Positions 26,329 through 36,359 of a stretch of 64,000 nucleotides of DNA are shown here, piece by piece. The stretch covers positions 32,001 through 96,000 of the IMG/VR virus record IMGVR_UViG_3300046660_000385, one strand, 5' to 3'. The DNA is from a virus. Below the pieces are notes generated by a model that worked only from the letters and a program-made list of their open reading frames with translations, was not told where the DNA came from and searched no databases. Position 1 is the stretch's first letter; every line of letters begins with the position of its first letter. The position numbers and the translations under genes are program-made.

Positions 26329-28388
26329 GCGGCAACGACGGCAAGATCGACGATGTCCGGCCGTATGGCGGCCTGGTGCAGGTGCAGACGGCCGGCGACC
26401 CCGAGCTGGCCATGTCGTACCGCCTGGACGGCCTGCGCCTGCTGGGCAAGCTGCTGAACACGACCGCGCTGACCTCGCGCCAGGACGACGGTCCGGGCGG
26501 CTTCCACCAGCTGGTGCGCATGCAGCCGGACGGCACCCGCCTGAGCGCGATCACCAACAACGGCCATCACATCGTGCGCATCGAAACCCCCGAGGCGCTG
26601 CGCGAAAGCGAGGCCGGCACCCACAGCGCCCACGTCTCGACGCCGCCCCAGTCCGAGCACCAGCGCCACAACGTCGAGGGCGGCTTCAAGGACCCGCCGC
26701 TGCCGTGGCCGCCGATGCCGCAGCACAAGCACGAGGACGAGGAAGAAGAAGAAAAGAAGGACGGCTACGAGTACATGTGGGTCGGCGCCCGCTACACGAG
26801 CCAGAACGTGCCGTTCGACGTGCTGGCCGCCATGATGATCGAGCCGGACAGCGCCCCCTTGTTCCGCGACAGCGAGCTGCCCAAGCGCGGCATCGTCGAC
26901 AACATCAACTGGTGGGGGATCAATGCGCTGGCCGTCAAGCAGGGCGACGACGGCGAATGGAGCCTGGACACCGAGCCTTATGGCGTGTTCCCGGACGTCG
27001 ACAGCGCGATCCAGGACCTGTACGACAGCTGGTACGGCAACTTCGGCGGCCCCGGCGGCGAGTTCGACCGCGCCGAGAACCACATCGTGCTCGGCACCCA
27101 CGCGATCGAGGTCGAGGTCAACAACGACGACGACGGCAGGTTCCTCATTTCGGCCAACGGCCTGCGCTGCGAGTCGATCTACCAGTGGCAGCCCGGGATG
27201 AACGACCAGTGGGTCGGCTACGACCCCTACGCCACCGACCAGACCGGCGCCGCGGTGCGCAACGTCGGCGACCGCCAGCTGGGCGATTATTTCAGGGACG
27301 CCCCGAACGTGCTGTGGGACGTGGTGTTCACGCTCGACCCCTACGAGGACCTGCAGGACACGCCCTGCGACGACCGCCCGGCCATGCTGGGCGCGCGCCG
27401 CGCGCTGGAACGCGAGGCCGGCATGGTCACGCAGATCCTGCCGGGCGACTACATCCTGGCCCTGCATGCGATGGACACCATGCCGCAGCTGCGCTCAAAC
27501 CGCGCCGGCCAGCAGATCCCGCTGTACCAGAGCGACCAGAGCGGCCTGGCGTACCGCAGCACGTTCTCCGACTACGACGAGTACATGAAGCCGGTCGACA
27601 CCACGACCAACCTGGGCGTCGAGATCGAGGTCCGGCTGGGCAAGGGCAACCGCGAGACCGTCTACAACTTCTCGACCACGATCCCCGAGTCGAGCTACGA
27701 CAACTGGGTCAACTATCCGTACGGCATGGACTGGTGGGAGCCGTGCGACCCGGACGGCGGCCCGAACCCGGCCGGCCTGAACTTCGCGCCGCAGTATCTC
27801 GCCATCAACCCGCTGGCCGGCACCGCGGAGTGGGTCAACCACGACAAGGTCGACCTGTACCCGATCCTCGGCGGCGGCCACTACAGCCACCCCGGCGACA
27901 CCCGCGTGCCCCTGTTCATCTACATCCACGTCGTGCCGTGGTCCCAGCCGTCCGACGAGCACTGGGCCGAGAACGCCGGCCGCGCGCTGTTCAAGGTGCT
28001 GGAAGCGGCCACCGCCGGCGTGTACGGCGCCTCGATGATGAGCGACCCCGGCGGCGAAGGCGGCTGCGTCGCCATCTTCGAGGGCACCAGCAAGTCGATG
28101 CTGTGGAAGTACAACGCGATGTCCCAGGCGCTGGAAGCGGTGCCGGTGGTGAGCGAAGTCGACGACTATCCGTACGGCTGGCAGGAGGACCCGAACAGCC
28201 CCAACGGCGGCTTCCAGAGTCCCTACGAAATGACGATGTACTGGTACTACCCGTACAAGTACATCGAGCGCAACAACTGCAACAACAGCATCGGCATCGC
28301 CATCACGGCCGTCTACGACTCGTTCAGCTTCGACCACGGCCAGCACCGCTATTTCGCCGACCCGCCCGACACCGGCGACTGCTGCTGA
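26325..28388 (+). CDS. Asp/Tyr/Trp-rich virion protein, possible receptor-binding or tail protein
   Basis: ATGA overlap; 687 aa; in structural module. Confidence 0.7.
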   Translation: MSGNDGKIDDVRPYGGLVQVQTAGDPELAMSYRLDGLRLLGKLLNTTALTSRQDDGPGGFHQLVRMQPDGTRLSAITNNGHHIVRIETPEALRESEAGTHSAHVSTPPQSEHQRHNVEGGFKDPPLPWPPMPQHKHEDEEEEEKKDGYEYMWVGARYTSQNVPFDVLAAMMIEPDSAPLFRDSELPKRGIVDNINWWGINALAVKQGDDGEWSLDTEPYGVFPDVDSAIQDLYDSWYGNFGGPGGEFDRAENHIVLGTHAIEVEVNNDDDGRFLISANGLRCESIYQWQPGMNDQWVGYDPYATDQTGAAVRNVGDRQLGDYFRDAPNVLWDVVFTLDPYEDLQDTPCDDRPAMLGARRALEREAGMVTQILPGDYILALHAMDTMPQLRSNRAGQQIPLYQSDQSGLAYRSTFSDYDEYMKPVDTTTNLGVEIEVRLGKGNRETVYNFSTTIPESSYDNWVNYPYGMDWWEPCDPDGGPNPAGLNFAPQYLAINPLAGTAEWVNHDKVDLYPILGGGHYSHPGDTRVPLFIYIHVVPWSQPSDEHWAENAGRALFKVLEAATAGVYGASMMSDPGGEGGCVAIFEGTSKSMLWKYNAMSQALEAVPVVSEVDDYPYGWQEDPNSPNGGFQSPYEMTMYWYYPYKYIERNNCNNSIGIAITAVYDSFSFDHGQHRYFADPPDTGDCC

Positions 28389-28409
28389 TCCCCTTTCCCG
28401 GAGCGCCCC

Positions 28410-30761
28410 ATGAGCCTGAAAGACTTCGACCCGAGCGACCTCGACCCGGACAACCCGCCCGATCCGCCACTGCCGATCCCGCTGCCGGCGCCGATGCCGC
28501 TGGCGCCGCTGCCCACCCTGCCGCCGCCGCCGCTGCTGTCGAGCATGCCGATGTTCCCGCCACCGGCGGAAACCGGCTCGTTGGGTGGCGGCGGCCCGGC
28601 CGTGGTCGACCCGGTCGGCGTCGATCCGCACGACCCGGCGACATGGAACATCCTGGACGACGGCAACGACGTCGCCCGCATCGTCCAGAGCTTCCTCACC
28701 GCCTCCGACGACGCCCAGAGCGCCGCGTTCGAGGCGCTGTCGAACCTGTACTCGGTGATGACGGGCTTTACCCCGCTGAACCAGCCGAGCCTGGCGTCCG
28801 GCCAGCTGGCCCAGCCGACACTGGCGCCGCCCCCGCCTGACCCCGGCCCCGGCGACAACCAGTTCCCGTCGCTGCCGCCGATGCCGCCGATCGGCCGGGT
28901 CGACACCTTCGAGCCGCCGCCGCCGCCGCTGTTCGACGTCGCCGCCCCCGCCATTGCCGACCTCGAACTGCCCGACCCGATCGACGTCACGATGCCGGAC
29001 GAGCCGGTGCTGCTGGACGTGGTCGCGCCGCCGCCGCCCGACTTCGTGCTGCCGCCAAGCCCGACCCTGATCGAACTGGCGATCCCCGAGCCGCCGGCGA
29101 TCGAGCTGCCGCTGTTCGACGCCAGCCTCGGCGCCCGCCCCGAGCTGCCCGCGACCGCGCTGGTCTACCACGAGGTCGAATACAACTCGGCGCTGCTGAA
29201 CGCCGCCAACGCGCGCCTGGGCCAGCTGCTGCTGGACGAGCGTGCCACCGGCATCCTGCCGGAACACGAGCAGGCACTGTGGGAGCGGGCCGCCGCGCGC
29301 GAAGCGCAGCTGACCCGCCGCGCCGTGGGCGAGGCCCAGCGCATGCTGCGCGCCCGCGGCTTCGCCATGCCGGACGACACGCTCGCGCGCGTGGTGCAGC
29401 AGGCCCTGCACGCCGGCATGGCGCGCTCGAACGCGCTGGCGCGCGCGGTCGCGGTCGAACGCGCCAACCTGGCCCAGCAGAACCTGCGCTTTGCGATCGA
29501 GGGCACGATCTCGGCCGAGGCGCGCATGCTCGACAAGCACAACGCCGTGCAGCAGCGCGCCCTCGAAGCGGCCAAGGCCGTCATCGCCACCGAGATCCAG
29601 CTGTTCAACGCCCAGGTCAACCTGATGCGCGCCGACGTCGCCGCCTTTTCGATGAAGGCCGAGGTGTTCAAGGCCAGGCTGCAGCAGGCGCTGGCTTCTG
29701 TTGCCGTCTACCGCGCCCAGATCGAGGCCGCGATCGTGCGCGGCGAGGTCAACGGCCAGATGCTGGCGATCTACCAGGCGCAGATCAACGGCGTGCGCGT
29801 GGTCGCCGACACCTATAAAACCCAGGTCGAGGCGGCCCAGCAGATGGCCGACGCCAACAAGGCGCGCGCCGACCAGTACAAGGCCCGGATCGAGGCCTAC
29901 CAGGCGCAGGTGTCGGCCATGCAGAGCGACTACGAGCGCTACGCCGCCGCCGTGCGCGGCCAGACCGAGCGCGCATCCCTGTTCGAGAAGCAGGTCGGCG
30001 CGTTCCGCGCCCGCGTCGGCGGCTTCGAGGCGCTGGTCAAGGCCAAGACCGGCCTGATCGACCTGGCCGTCAAGGCCGAGGTCGAATTCCCGCTCGAAGA
30101 ATACCGTGCCCGCACCGACGCCTACCGCGCCAGTTCCGAGGTGGCGGTCGAGCAGGTGAGGGCGCTGGCCAGCCAGTACGGCGCGCGCGTGCGCGCGTTC
30201 GCTACCGCCGAGGGCGTGGCGATGGAGAACGCCGAGGTCGGCGTGAAGGTGGCCCAGGTCGTGGCCGAGGCCGCGATCAGCGCAGCCAGCCTCGGCGTCG
30301 AGACCGCCCGCGAGAACCTGGCCGCGACCCAGATCCGCACCCAGATGACGGAGCAGGCCGCACGCTCGGCCGCGCAGATCGCCGGCCAGATCGGCGCCGC
30401 CGCCGCCTCGATGACGACCACCCACACCATGACCAGCAATGCCAGCTCGTCCTCGACCAGCAACAGCGACACCACGTCGAGCAGCTTTGTCAACAGCACG
30501 ACCGCGGTCAACTCGACCAGCAACAACGTGAGCATGAACCACAGCGACAGCACCATTTCCGGCAACACCACGAACAAGACCGTCAGCAACGTGACCGGGC
30601 GCCACAACAACCGCGGCACCAGCAACACCTACAGCAATGCGACCAGCGTCAACTACAGCGACTCGCATTCGGTCGCAATGAGCAACACGAACAGCATGAC
30701 CAACAACTTCACGTTCGCTTCGTCGTTCGAGCGCGTCGACCGTACCGTGCACAAGGATTGA
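28410..30761 (+). CDS. Internal virion (ejection-type) protein, paralog A
   Basis: Pro-rich N-terminus, ARGFAMP, long Ala/Gln coiled coil, Ser/Thr/Asn-rich tail. Confidence 0.75.
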   Translation: MSLKDFDPSDLDPDNPPDPPLPIPLPAPMPLAPLPTLPPPPLLSSMPMFPPPAETGSLGGGGPAVVDPVGVDPHDPATWNILDDGNDVARIVQSFLTASDDAQSAAFEALSNLYSVMTGFTPLNQPSLASGQLAQPTLAPPPPDPGPGDNQFPSLPPMPPIGRVDTFEPPPPPLFDVAAPAIADLELPDPIDVTMPDEPVLLDVVAPPPPDFVLPPSPTLIELAIPEPPAIELPLFDASLGARPELPATALVYHEVEYNSALLNAANARLGQLLLDERATGILPEHEQALWERAAAREAQLTRRAVGEAQRMLRARGFAMPDDTLARVVQQALHAGMARSNALARAVAVERANLAQQNLRFAIEGTISAEARMLDKHNAVQQRALEAAKAVIATEIQLFNAQVNLMRADVAAFSMKAEVFKARLQQALASVAVYRAQIEAAIVRGEVNGQMLAIYQAQINGVRVVADTYKTQVEAAQQMADANKARADQYKARIEAYQAQVSAMQSDYERYAAAVRGQTERASLFEKQVGAFRARVGGFEALVKAKTGLIDLAVKAEVEFPLEEYRARTDAYRASSEVAVEQVRALASQYGARVRAFATAEGVAMENAEVGVKVAQVVAEAAISAASLGVETARENLAATQIRTQMTEQAARSAAQIAGQIGAAAASMTTTHTMTSNASSSSTSNSDTTSSSFVNSTTAVNSTSNNVSMNHSDSTISGNTTNKTVSNVTGRHNNRGTSNTYSNATSVNYSDSHSVAMSNTNSMTNNFTFASSFERVDRTVHKD

Positions 30762-30771
30762 GGAGGACCCG

Positions 30772-33009
30772 ATGGCTGACCCGACCACCCCGCTTGACGC
30801 GACCGACGTGACCGAAGCGGCGCCGACCATCCCGACGGTGCCCTCGCCGGTCAGCCAGCTGCCGCCGCCGCCGGCGTTCGATCCACCGCCGCCGCCGGCG
30901 CAGAAAGCCACCGTCGACGCCCTCAGCGCCGCCCTGACCTACATTTCCGGCAACCTGTCGGGTAACGCGATGGCGCTCGGCCAGGCCGCGATCGAGGCGC
31001 TGGCGTCGATCGACCTGCAGCTGCCCGAGATCGTGTCGCCCTCGCTCGACATCCCGACCGTCACCCTCGCCGGCACGCCCGGCCCGGACGCCCCGAGCGA
31101 CCTGTCGGTCGTGCTGCCCGAGGCGCCCGTCGCACCAAGCCTGCCCGAGCCGCGTTCACTGGGCGACCTGGACGTCCCGCAATACGACCTGAGCGCGCCG
31201 CTGCTCATCGACGTGCCGCTGCCGGACCCGTTCGACCTCCTGGTGCCCGGCCCGCCCGAACTGGGCGACGTCAGCGCCCCGGTCGAGCCGGATTTCACGC
31301 TGCCGGCCGTGCCGGACCTGGTCGCGCTGGCGCTGCCGGACGCCCCCAGCTTCGACGTGCCCACCTTTACCGACGAGGCCCCGGCGCCGATCCTGCCGCC
31401 CGAGCTGGAATTCACCTGGGCCGAGGTCGAGTACCAGTCGGACCTGCTGGCCGACGTCAACAGCCGCCTGCTCGCGCTGGTACAGGGCGCCTGGTCGGCG
31501 CTGCCGGTCGAGGTCGAGCAGCGGATCTGGGATAAAAGCGTGGACGAGGCGGCCCCCGCGACCGCCCGCAGCGTCGACGAGGCCGCGCAGCAGGTCGCCG
31601 CGCGCGGGTTTGCCCTGCCCGGCGGCGAGATGGTGCGGCTGGTGCAGGGCGCGGTCAACGCCGGCATCGACCACGACCGCGACGCCAGCCGCGAGCTGAT
31701 GACCGCGCAGGCCCGCATGCAGGTGGCGAACTTCGCGTTCGCGTTCTCCAACGCCATGCAGCTTGAGGGCCAGCTGATCGCCCTGTACAACCAGGTCCAG
31801 CAGCGCGCGCTGGATGGCGCCCGCTACCGGGTCGAGGCCGCCATGCAGCTGTTCGACGCGCGCGTGAACCTGTACCAGGCCGAGGTGCAGGCGTTCGGCG
31901 CCAAGGCCGAGGTGTTCAAGGCGCGCCTCACGGCTGTCCTCAGCCGCCTGGATCTCTACAAGGCCGAGCTGGAAGCGGTCAAGGCGAAAGGCCAGCTGAA
32001 CGTCCAGCTGGCCCAGCAGTACACGGCGCAGGTGGAAGGGGTCAAGGCGATCGCCGACGTCTACCGGGCACGCGTGTCCGCCGTCTCGCTGGCCGTGGCC
32101 AACAACAAGAACCGCACCGAACTATATAAGAGCCAGGTCGACGGCGCCGCCGCCCGCGCCAAGGGTGCGGCGTTCGGTGTGCAGGCGTACCTGGCGCAGC
32201 TGCAGAACGAGCACGCCAAGGCCGACCTGTTCAATGCGCAGGTGGCCGGCTACACCTCGCAAATCGAGGCCTACCGCGCGCTGGTCGAGGGCAAGCTGGC
32301 CGACGCCGGCCTGCAGTTCCGCCAGCAGCAGCAGTTCCCGCTGGAACTGTACAAGAGCCAGATCGCGCAGGCGATGGCGCAGACCCGCGCCGAGGCCGCC
32401 GAGATCGCGGCCAGGGCCGAGGTGCTGGTGGCCAGCACCGACAAGTACGCCGCCACCCAGCGCATGGTCGACAAGATCGTCGCCGTGGGGGCGGACGTCG
32501 AGGGCATCCAGATCAAGGCCCACACCGCGCTGGCCCAGGCCGTGATCGCCGGCAGCGGCATCGCCGAGCGCGCCTCGCTGATGGCCGCGCAGGCGACCCA
32601 GGCCGCGGCGCTGGCGCGCGCCCAGTCCGACGCGCAGATCGCCGCCGCCCGCATCAGTTCCGTGCACGTCTCGACCTCGTTCTCGCACAGCAACAGCAAC
32701 TCGAACAGCACCGCCCTCAGCCAGAACAAGATCACCTCGACCACCAACAGCATATCGCAGTCGAACTCGGCCTCGAACAACATCTCGACGTCGTTCTCGA
32801 ATACCACCGGCGGCACCAGTTCGTACAACGAGAGCCAGACCTACAGCGAAAACGAGACCAACAGCGACACCGCCAACAACTCGATCTCGAACATCCACTC
32901 GCAGACCTTCTCGAACGACTCCCGCAACGAGACGCGCAACACCAATTCGGCGAATTCGTCGCTGCGCATGGAAGTTACCAACCAGCACATCTACAACCAC
33001 AAGGCGTAA
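30772..33009 (+). CDS. Internal virion (ejection-type) protein, paralog B
   Basis: Same architecture; ARGFALP, KAEVFKARL and FPLExY shared with paralog A. Confidence 0.75.
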   Translation: MADPTTPLDATDVTEAAPTIPTVPSPVSQLPPPPAFDPPPPPAQKATVDALSAALTYISGNLSGNAMALGQAAIEALASIDLQLPEIVSPSLDIPTVTLAGTPGPDAPSDLSVVLPEAPVAPSLPEPRSLGDLDVPQYDLSAPLLIDVPLPDPFDLLVPGPPELGDVSAPVEPDFTLPAVPDLVALALPDAPSFDVPTFTDEAPAPILPPELEFTWAEVEYQSDLLADVNSRLLALVQGAWSALPVEVEQRIWDKSVDEAAPATARSVDEAAQQVAARGFALPGGEMVRLVQGAVNAGIDHDRDASRELMTAQARMQVANFAFAFSNAMQLEGQLIALYNQVQQRALDGARYRVEAAMQLFDARVNLYQAEVQAFGAKAEVFKARLTAVLSRLDLYKAELEAVKAKGQLNVQLAQQYTAQVEGVKAIADVYRARVSAVSLAVANNKNRTELYKSQVDGAAARAKGAAFGVQAYLAQLQNEHAKADLFNAQVAGYTSQIEAYRALVEGKLADAGLQFRQQQQFPLELYKSQIAQAMAQTRAEAAEIAARAEVLVASTDKYAATQRMVDKIVAVGADVEGIQIKAHTALAQAVIAGSGIAERASLMAAQATQAAALARAQSDAQIAAARISSVHVSTSFSHSNSNSNSTALSQNKITSTTNSISQSNSASNNISTSFSNTTGGTSSYNESQTYSENETNSDTANNSISNIHSQTFSNDSRNETRNTNSANSSLRMEVTNQHIYNHKA

Positions 33010-33020
33010 AGGACCCGACC

Positions 33021-36000
33021 ATGCCGAACCCCGACGATCTGATCGAACCGAGCAGCCAGGGCAACCTGCGCGAGCGTATCAATGCAGGCGAAGCACAGCG
33101 CCAGGCCAGCGCCGGCCAGGTGCGTGAGCGCATCGCCGACGTCGCCGCGCGTCAGGCCCCGGAACCGGGCAACCTGCGCCAGCAAATCACCAATGCAGCG
33201 CCGATGCAGCAGGAGCAGGCGCGCGCCGTGCAGGAACGCATGGCACAGGCGCCGAACCTGCGCCAGCAGCTGACCAACGCCGCCCCGCAGCAGGCCGCCG
33301 ACGCTCGCGCGGTGGCCCAGCGTCTGAATCCGCCCACGCTGACCGACGTCGTCAAGCCCGGCAACATCAACCCGTCCCTGCGCGACGACCTGATTAAAAA
33401 CTCGGTGCAGGCCCAGAACGATGCGAAAGCCGTGCAGTCGCGCCTGCAGGCCGGCGCCGCACAGCCCGCGCCCGAGCCGAACCTGCGCCAGCAGATCCTG
33501 GACGCCGCGCCGCGCCAGCAGATGGAAGCCCAGCAGGTGGCGCAGCGCCTGAACGCGGGCGCACCGCCCGCCACGCCGCAGCCGGACCTGCGCGCCCAGA
33601 TCAACGCCGCCGCGCCGCAGGCCCAGGCTGACGCGCAAGCGGTTCAGCAGCGCCTGCAGGCGGGCGCCCCGCCAGCCGAGCCAGGCATGCGCGAGCGCCT
33701 GCTGGCCCGCGCACAAGCCGCCCCGAGCGCCGCCGACCAGGCCCTGCGCGCGCGCCTGAACCCGCCCGGTTCAATCGCCCAGGCCGCCAGCCAGGCCGTC
33801 GCCCCGGCCGCGCCGGCCGCCGATCTTGGCCGCATGGGCGCCGGTGTCGCCGGTGCCGCCGGCCGCAACCCCGCCGCCGCCCCGGCTGCACGTCCTGCCG
33901 CGCCCGCCGCCAGCCCTGCCGCGCCAGCAGCTGGCCCGGCAGCCCCGCCCACCGCCGGCGTCACGGACGCCAGCGGCCGCCCGATCCCGACCCGCGTGCC
34001 GGGTGCGACCGGCGGCATGACCCCGTCGCCGTCGGCCGGCACCGTGCGTCCCGACGTCGGCGCGATGCGCGCCACGATGGGCCTGCCGCCGACCCCACCG
34101 GGCGCCGCCCCGGCCGCCGGCGCCGCCGCTGGCGCTGCCGGTATCGCCGCCGCTGGCCGCGCTGCAGGCGCCGCACCCGCGGCCGCCGCCGCTGCCCCTG
34201 CAGCTGCCCCCGCCGCAGGCGCCGCCGCCGATGCCGCCGCCCGCGCACGCACGGCCGCCGGTGTCGCCGGTGCCGCCGGCCGCGCAGCTGGTGCGGGTGC
34301 CCCGGCCGCTGCCGCTGCCGCCCCGGCCGCCGAAGCGGGCGCCGGCGCCAATGCCACGCGCCTGGCGCGCACCTCCTACAACGTCGGCAAGTTCGTCGGC
34401 AACAACCGGGCAATCCTCGGGAAAGCCGGCGTTGCCGGCGCCGGCGCCCAGGTGATCTCGCATTTCAACGACTACAAGCTGAACGAGCCGGACGTCGACT
34501 CGTCGGCCGGCGGCACCCTGAAAGCCCTGTTCACCGGCGACCTTTCCGGCGCCGGCAAGAGCGCCCTCAAGGGCCTCAAGGAAGCGGCGATGGACGTCGG
34601 TTCGGCCGCCGCCAACGCTGCCGACTACGTCATCCCGGGCAATGCCCCGGTCTCGCGCGCCTACGACCAGATGCTGCATGAGAAGCTGGGCGACAAGCTG
34701 GTGCCGGACAAGTCCGTGATCGCCGACATGGCGCGCGGCCAGCCCGCCCCCGCCGCCAAGCCGGTCCCGGCCGCCGCACCCGAGGCCGCGAAACCCGTCG
34801 AGAAACCGGCCGCACCCGAGGCCGCGAAACCGGCCGCGAAGGAGGGCGCCAAGCCCGCCGCCGCTCAGGCGCCGCAGCCGAACCTGTCCAACATGGCCGC
34901 CAACGCCCGCGACGAGGCGCTCGGCGCGATCGACAACGAGGAAGCGGCCGACCCGCGCGCCGTCTACTACGAGACCGTCAACCACAAGGACGGCACCACG
35001 ACCTACGAGACGCGCGACCGTGGCCAGATCGTGGTCAAGGAAGGCGCCCAGCTCAGCCCCGAGGACCAGCAGCGCATCGAAACCTATAAGGGTCGTCAGT
35101 CCCAGCGCGACGGGATCGAGCAGCGTTACCAGCAGATGCTGCAGCACCTGCAGGGCGGCGGCGACGGCATGGTCCCGGCCAGCCCGGTCGCCAACGCCGC
35201 GCGCAGCGCTGGCCAGGCCCCGAGCAATCCGAAGTTCGAGCAGGCCCTGGGTGCGGAAGGCGCCGACGGTGACTTCGCCGCCTTTGCGCGCTCGCTGATC
35301 GGGCAGGAAAGCAGCAACGGCAGGAACACCAAGACCAGCAACCGCGGCGCGGTCGGGCCGATGCAGGTCCGCCCCGGCACCTTCGGCGACATGGCCGACA
35401 AGGGCTGGGACATCAACAACGAGGACCACAACATGCGTGCCGGCATCCGCTACGCCAGGATGATGTGGGAAAAGGCCGGTGGCGATCCGGCCCTGGCCGC
35501 GGCCGGCTACTACGGCGGTCCGAGCGGGCTGGAAAAGGCCCGCGCCGGCCATGCCGTGCGCGATCCGAAGAACCCGAACGCCCCGGACACCCTGCAGTAC
35601 GGCCAGCAGGTGGCCGCGCGCATGGGCGCTGGCGGCGCAGCAGCAGCCCCGGCCCAGGTGGCCGCGCCGGCGGCAGCTGCCCCGGCCTACGGCGCGCGCG
35701 ACTTCCGCAACCCGCTGGACGGCGCCGTCGAGGTCATCAACATGGGCGGCAACGCCGAACGGTCGATGTACCTCCCGGGCAAGGGCGGCGACGTCCGCTC
35801 GGGCCTGACGCCCGAGGCGTACAGCACGCTGCAGACCGCCATACGCAACAACCCGGCGCTGGCCGAGCGCATGGTGGTGAACAACAGCGGCGTGGCTGTC
35901 GACGGCCTGGCGATGCCGCTGAACGTCATCGCCGGCGGCGACGGCATGATGGCGCAGTACGCGCGCAGCACCGCGCAAGGCCAGCGCATCGCGGCCAACC

Positions 36001-36347
36001 CGACCGCCGGCAAGCTCGCCGAGCACGCGCTGCAGGGCGAATACACCAACCGCGGGCACCAGATCCAGGGCGAGTCGAACGAACGCGTCGCCAAGACCCA
36101 GGCCGAGGCACAGATGGAAGCGCACCGTATACACACTGCGGGCGGTGGTGTCAACCAGGAGACTGGACAGCCAATGCCGACTAACATCTTCGACCAGAAG
36201 AAGAACGAATGGATCACTCCCCCTCGTAGTGTTCCGCCCAAGGCCGTGGCGATCCAGCAGGCGCGCGAATCGCTCAAGCGCGGCAGCAAGCTCGAGGACG
36301 TCAACGCAATTCTGCATGGTTACGGCTACGAGCCGATCACCCAGTAA
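33021..36347 (+). CDS. Internal virion protein with lytic transglycosylase (SLT) domain
   Basis: GQESS, GAVGPMQV.PGT, N.RAGIRY, AAAGYYGGP at ~35290-35620; N-terminal NLRQQI repeats. Confidence 0.85.
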   Translation: MPNPDDLIEPSSQGNLRERINAGEAQRQASAGQVRERIADVAARQAPEPGNLRQQITNAAPMQQEQARAVQERMAQAPNLRQQLTNAAPQQAADARAVAQRLNPPTLTDVVKPGNINPSLRDDLIKNSVQAQNDAKAVQSRLQAGAAQPAPEPNLRQQILDAAPRQQMEAQQVAQRLNAGAPPATPQPDLRAQINAAAPQAQADAQAVQQRLQAGAPPAEPGMRERLLARAQAAPSAADQALRARLNPPGSIAQAASQAVAPAAPAADLGRMGAGVAGAAGRNPAAAPAARPAAPAASPAAPAAGPAAPPTAGVTDASGRPIPTRVPGATGGMTPSPSAGTVRPDVGAMRATMGLPPTPPGAAPAAGAAAGAAGIAAAGRAAGAAPAAAAAAPAAAPAAGAAADAAARARTAAGVAGAAGRAAGAGAPAAAAAAPAAEAGAGANATRLARTSYNVGKFVGNNRAILGKAGVAGAGAQVISHFNDYKLNEPDVDSSAGGTLKALFTGDLSGAGKSALKGLKEAAMDVGSAAANAADYVIPGNAPVSRAYDQMLHEKLGDKLVPDKSVIADMARGQPAPAAKPVPAAAPEAAKPVEKPAAPEAAKPAAKEGAKPAAAQAPQPNLSNMAANARDEALGAIDNEEAADPRAVYYETVNHKDGTTTYETRDRGQIVVKEGAQLSPEDQQRIETYKGRQSQRDGIEQRYQQMLQHLQGGGDGMVPASPVANAARSAGQAPSNPKFEQALGAEGADGDFAAFARSLIGQESSNGRNTKTSNRGAVGPMQVRPGTFGDMADKGWDINNEDHNMRAGIRYARMMWEKAGGDPALAAAGYYGGPSGLEKARAGHAVRDPKNPNAPDTLQYGQQVAARMGAGGAAAAPAQVAAPAAAAPAYGARDFRNPLDGAVEVINMGGNAERSMYLPGKGGDVRSGLTPEAYSTLQTAIRNNPALAERMVVNNSGVAVDGLAMPLNVIAGGDGMMAQYARSTAQGQRIAANPTAGKLAEHALQGEYTNRGHQIQGESNERVAKTQAEAQMEAHRIHTAGGGVNQETGQPMPTNIFDQKKNEWITPPRSVPPKAVAIQQARESLKRGSKLEDVNAILHGYGYEPITQ

Positions 36348-36359
36348 GGACCGGACGCT

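Noticed and set aside
27495-30911. 1138-aa minus ORF and other long Arg/Pro-rich alternative-frame ORFs across the structural module
   Set aside because: Typical high-GC off-frame ORFs without a codon-bias switch, unlike 48790-49188
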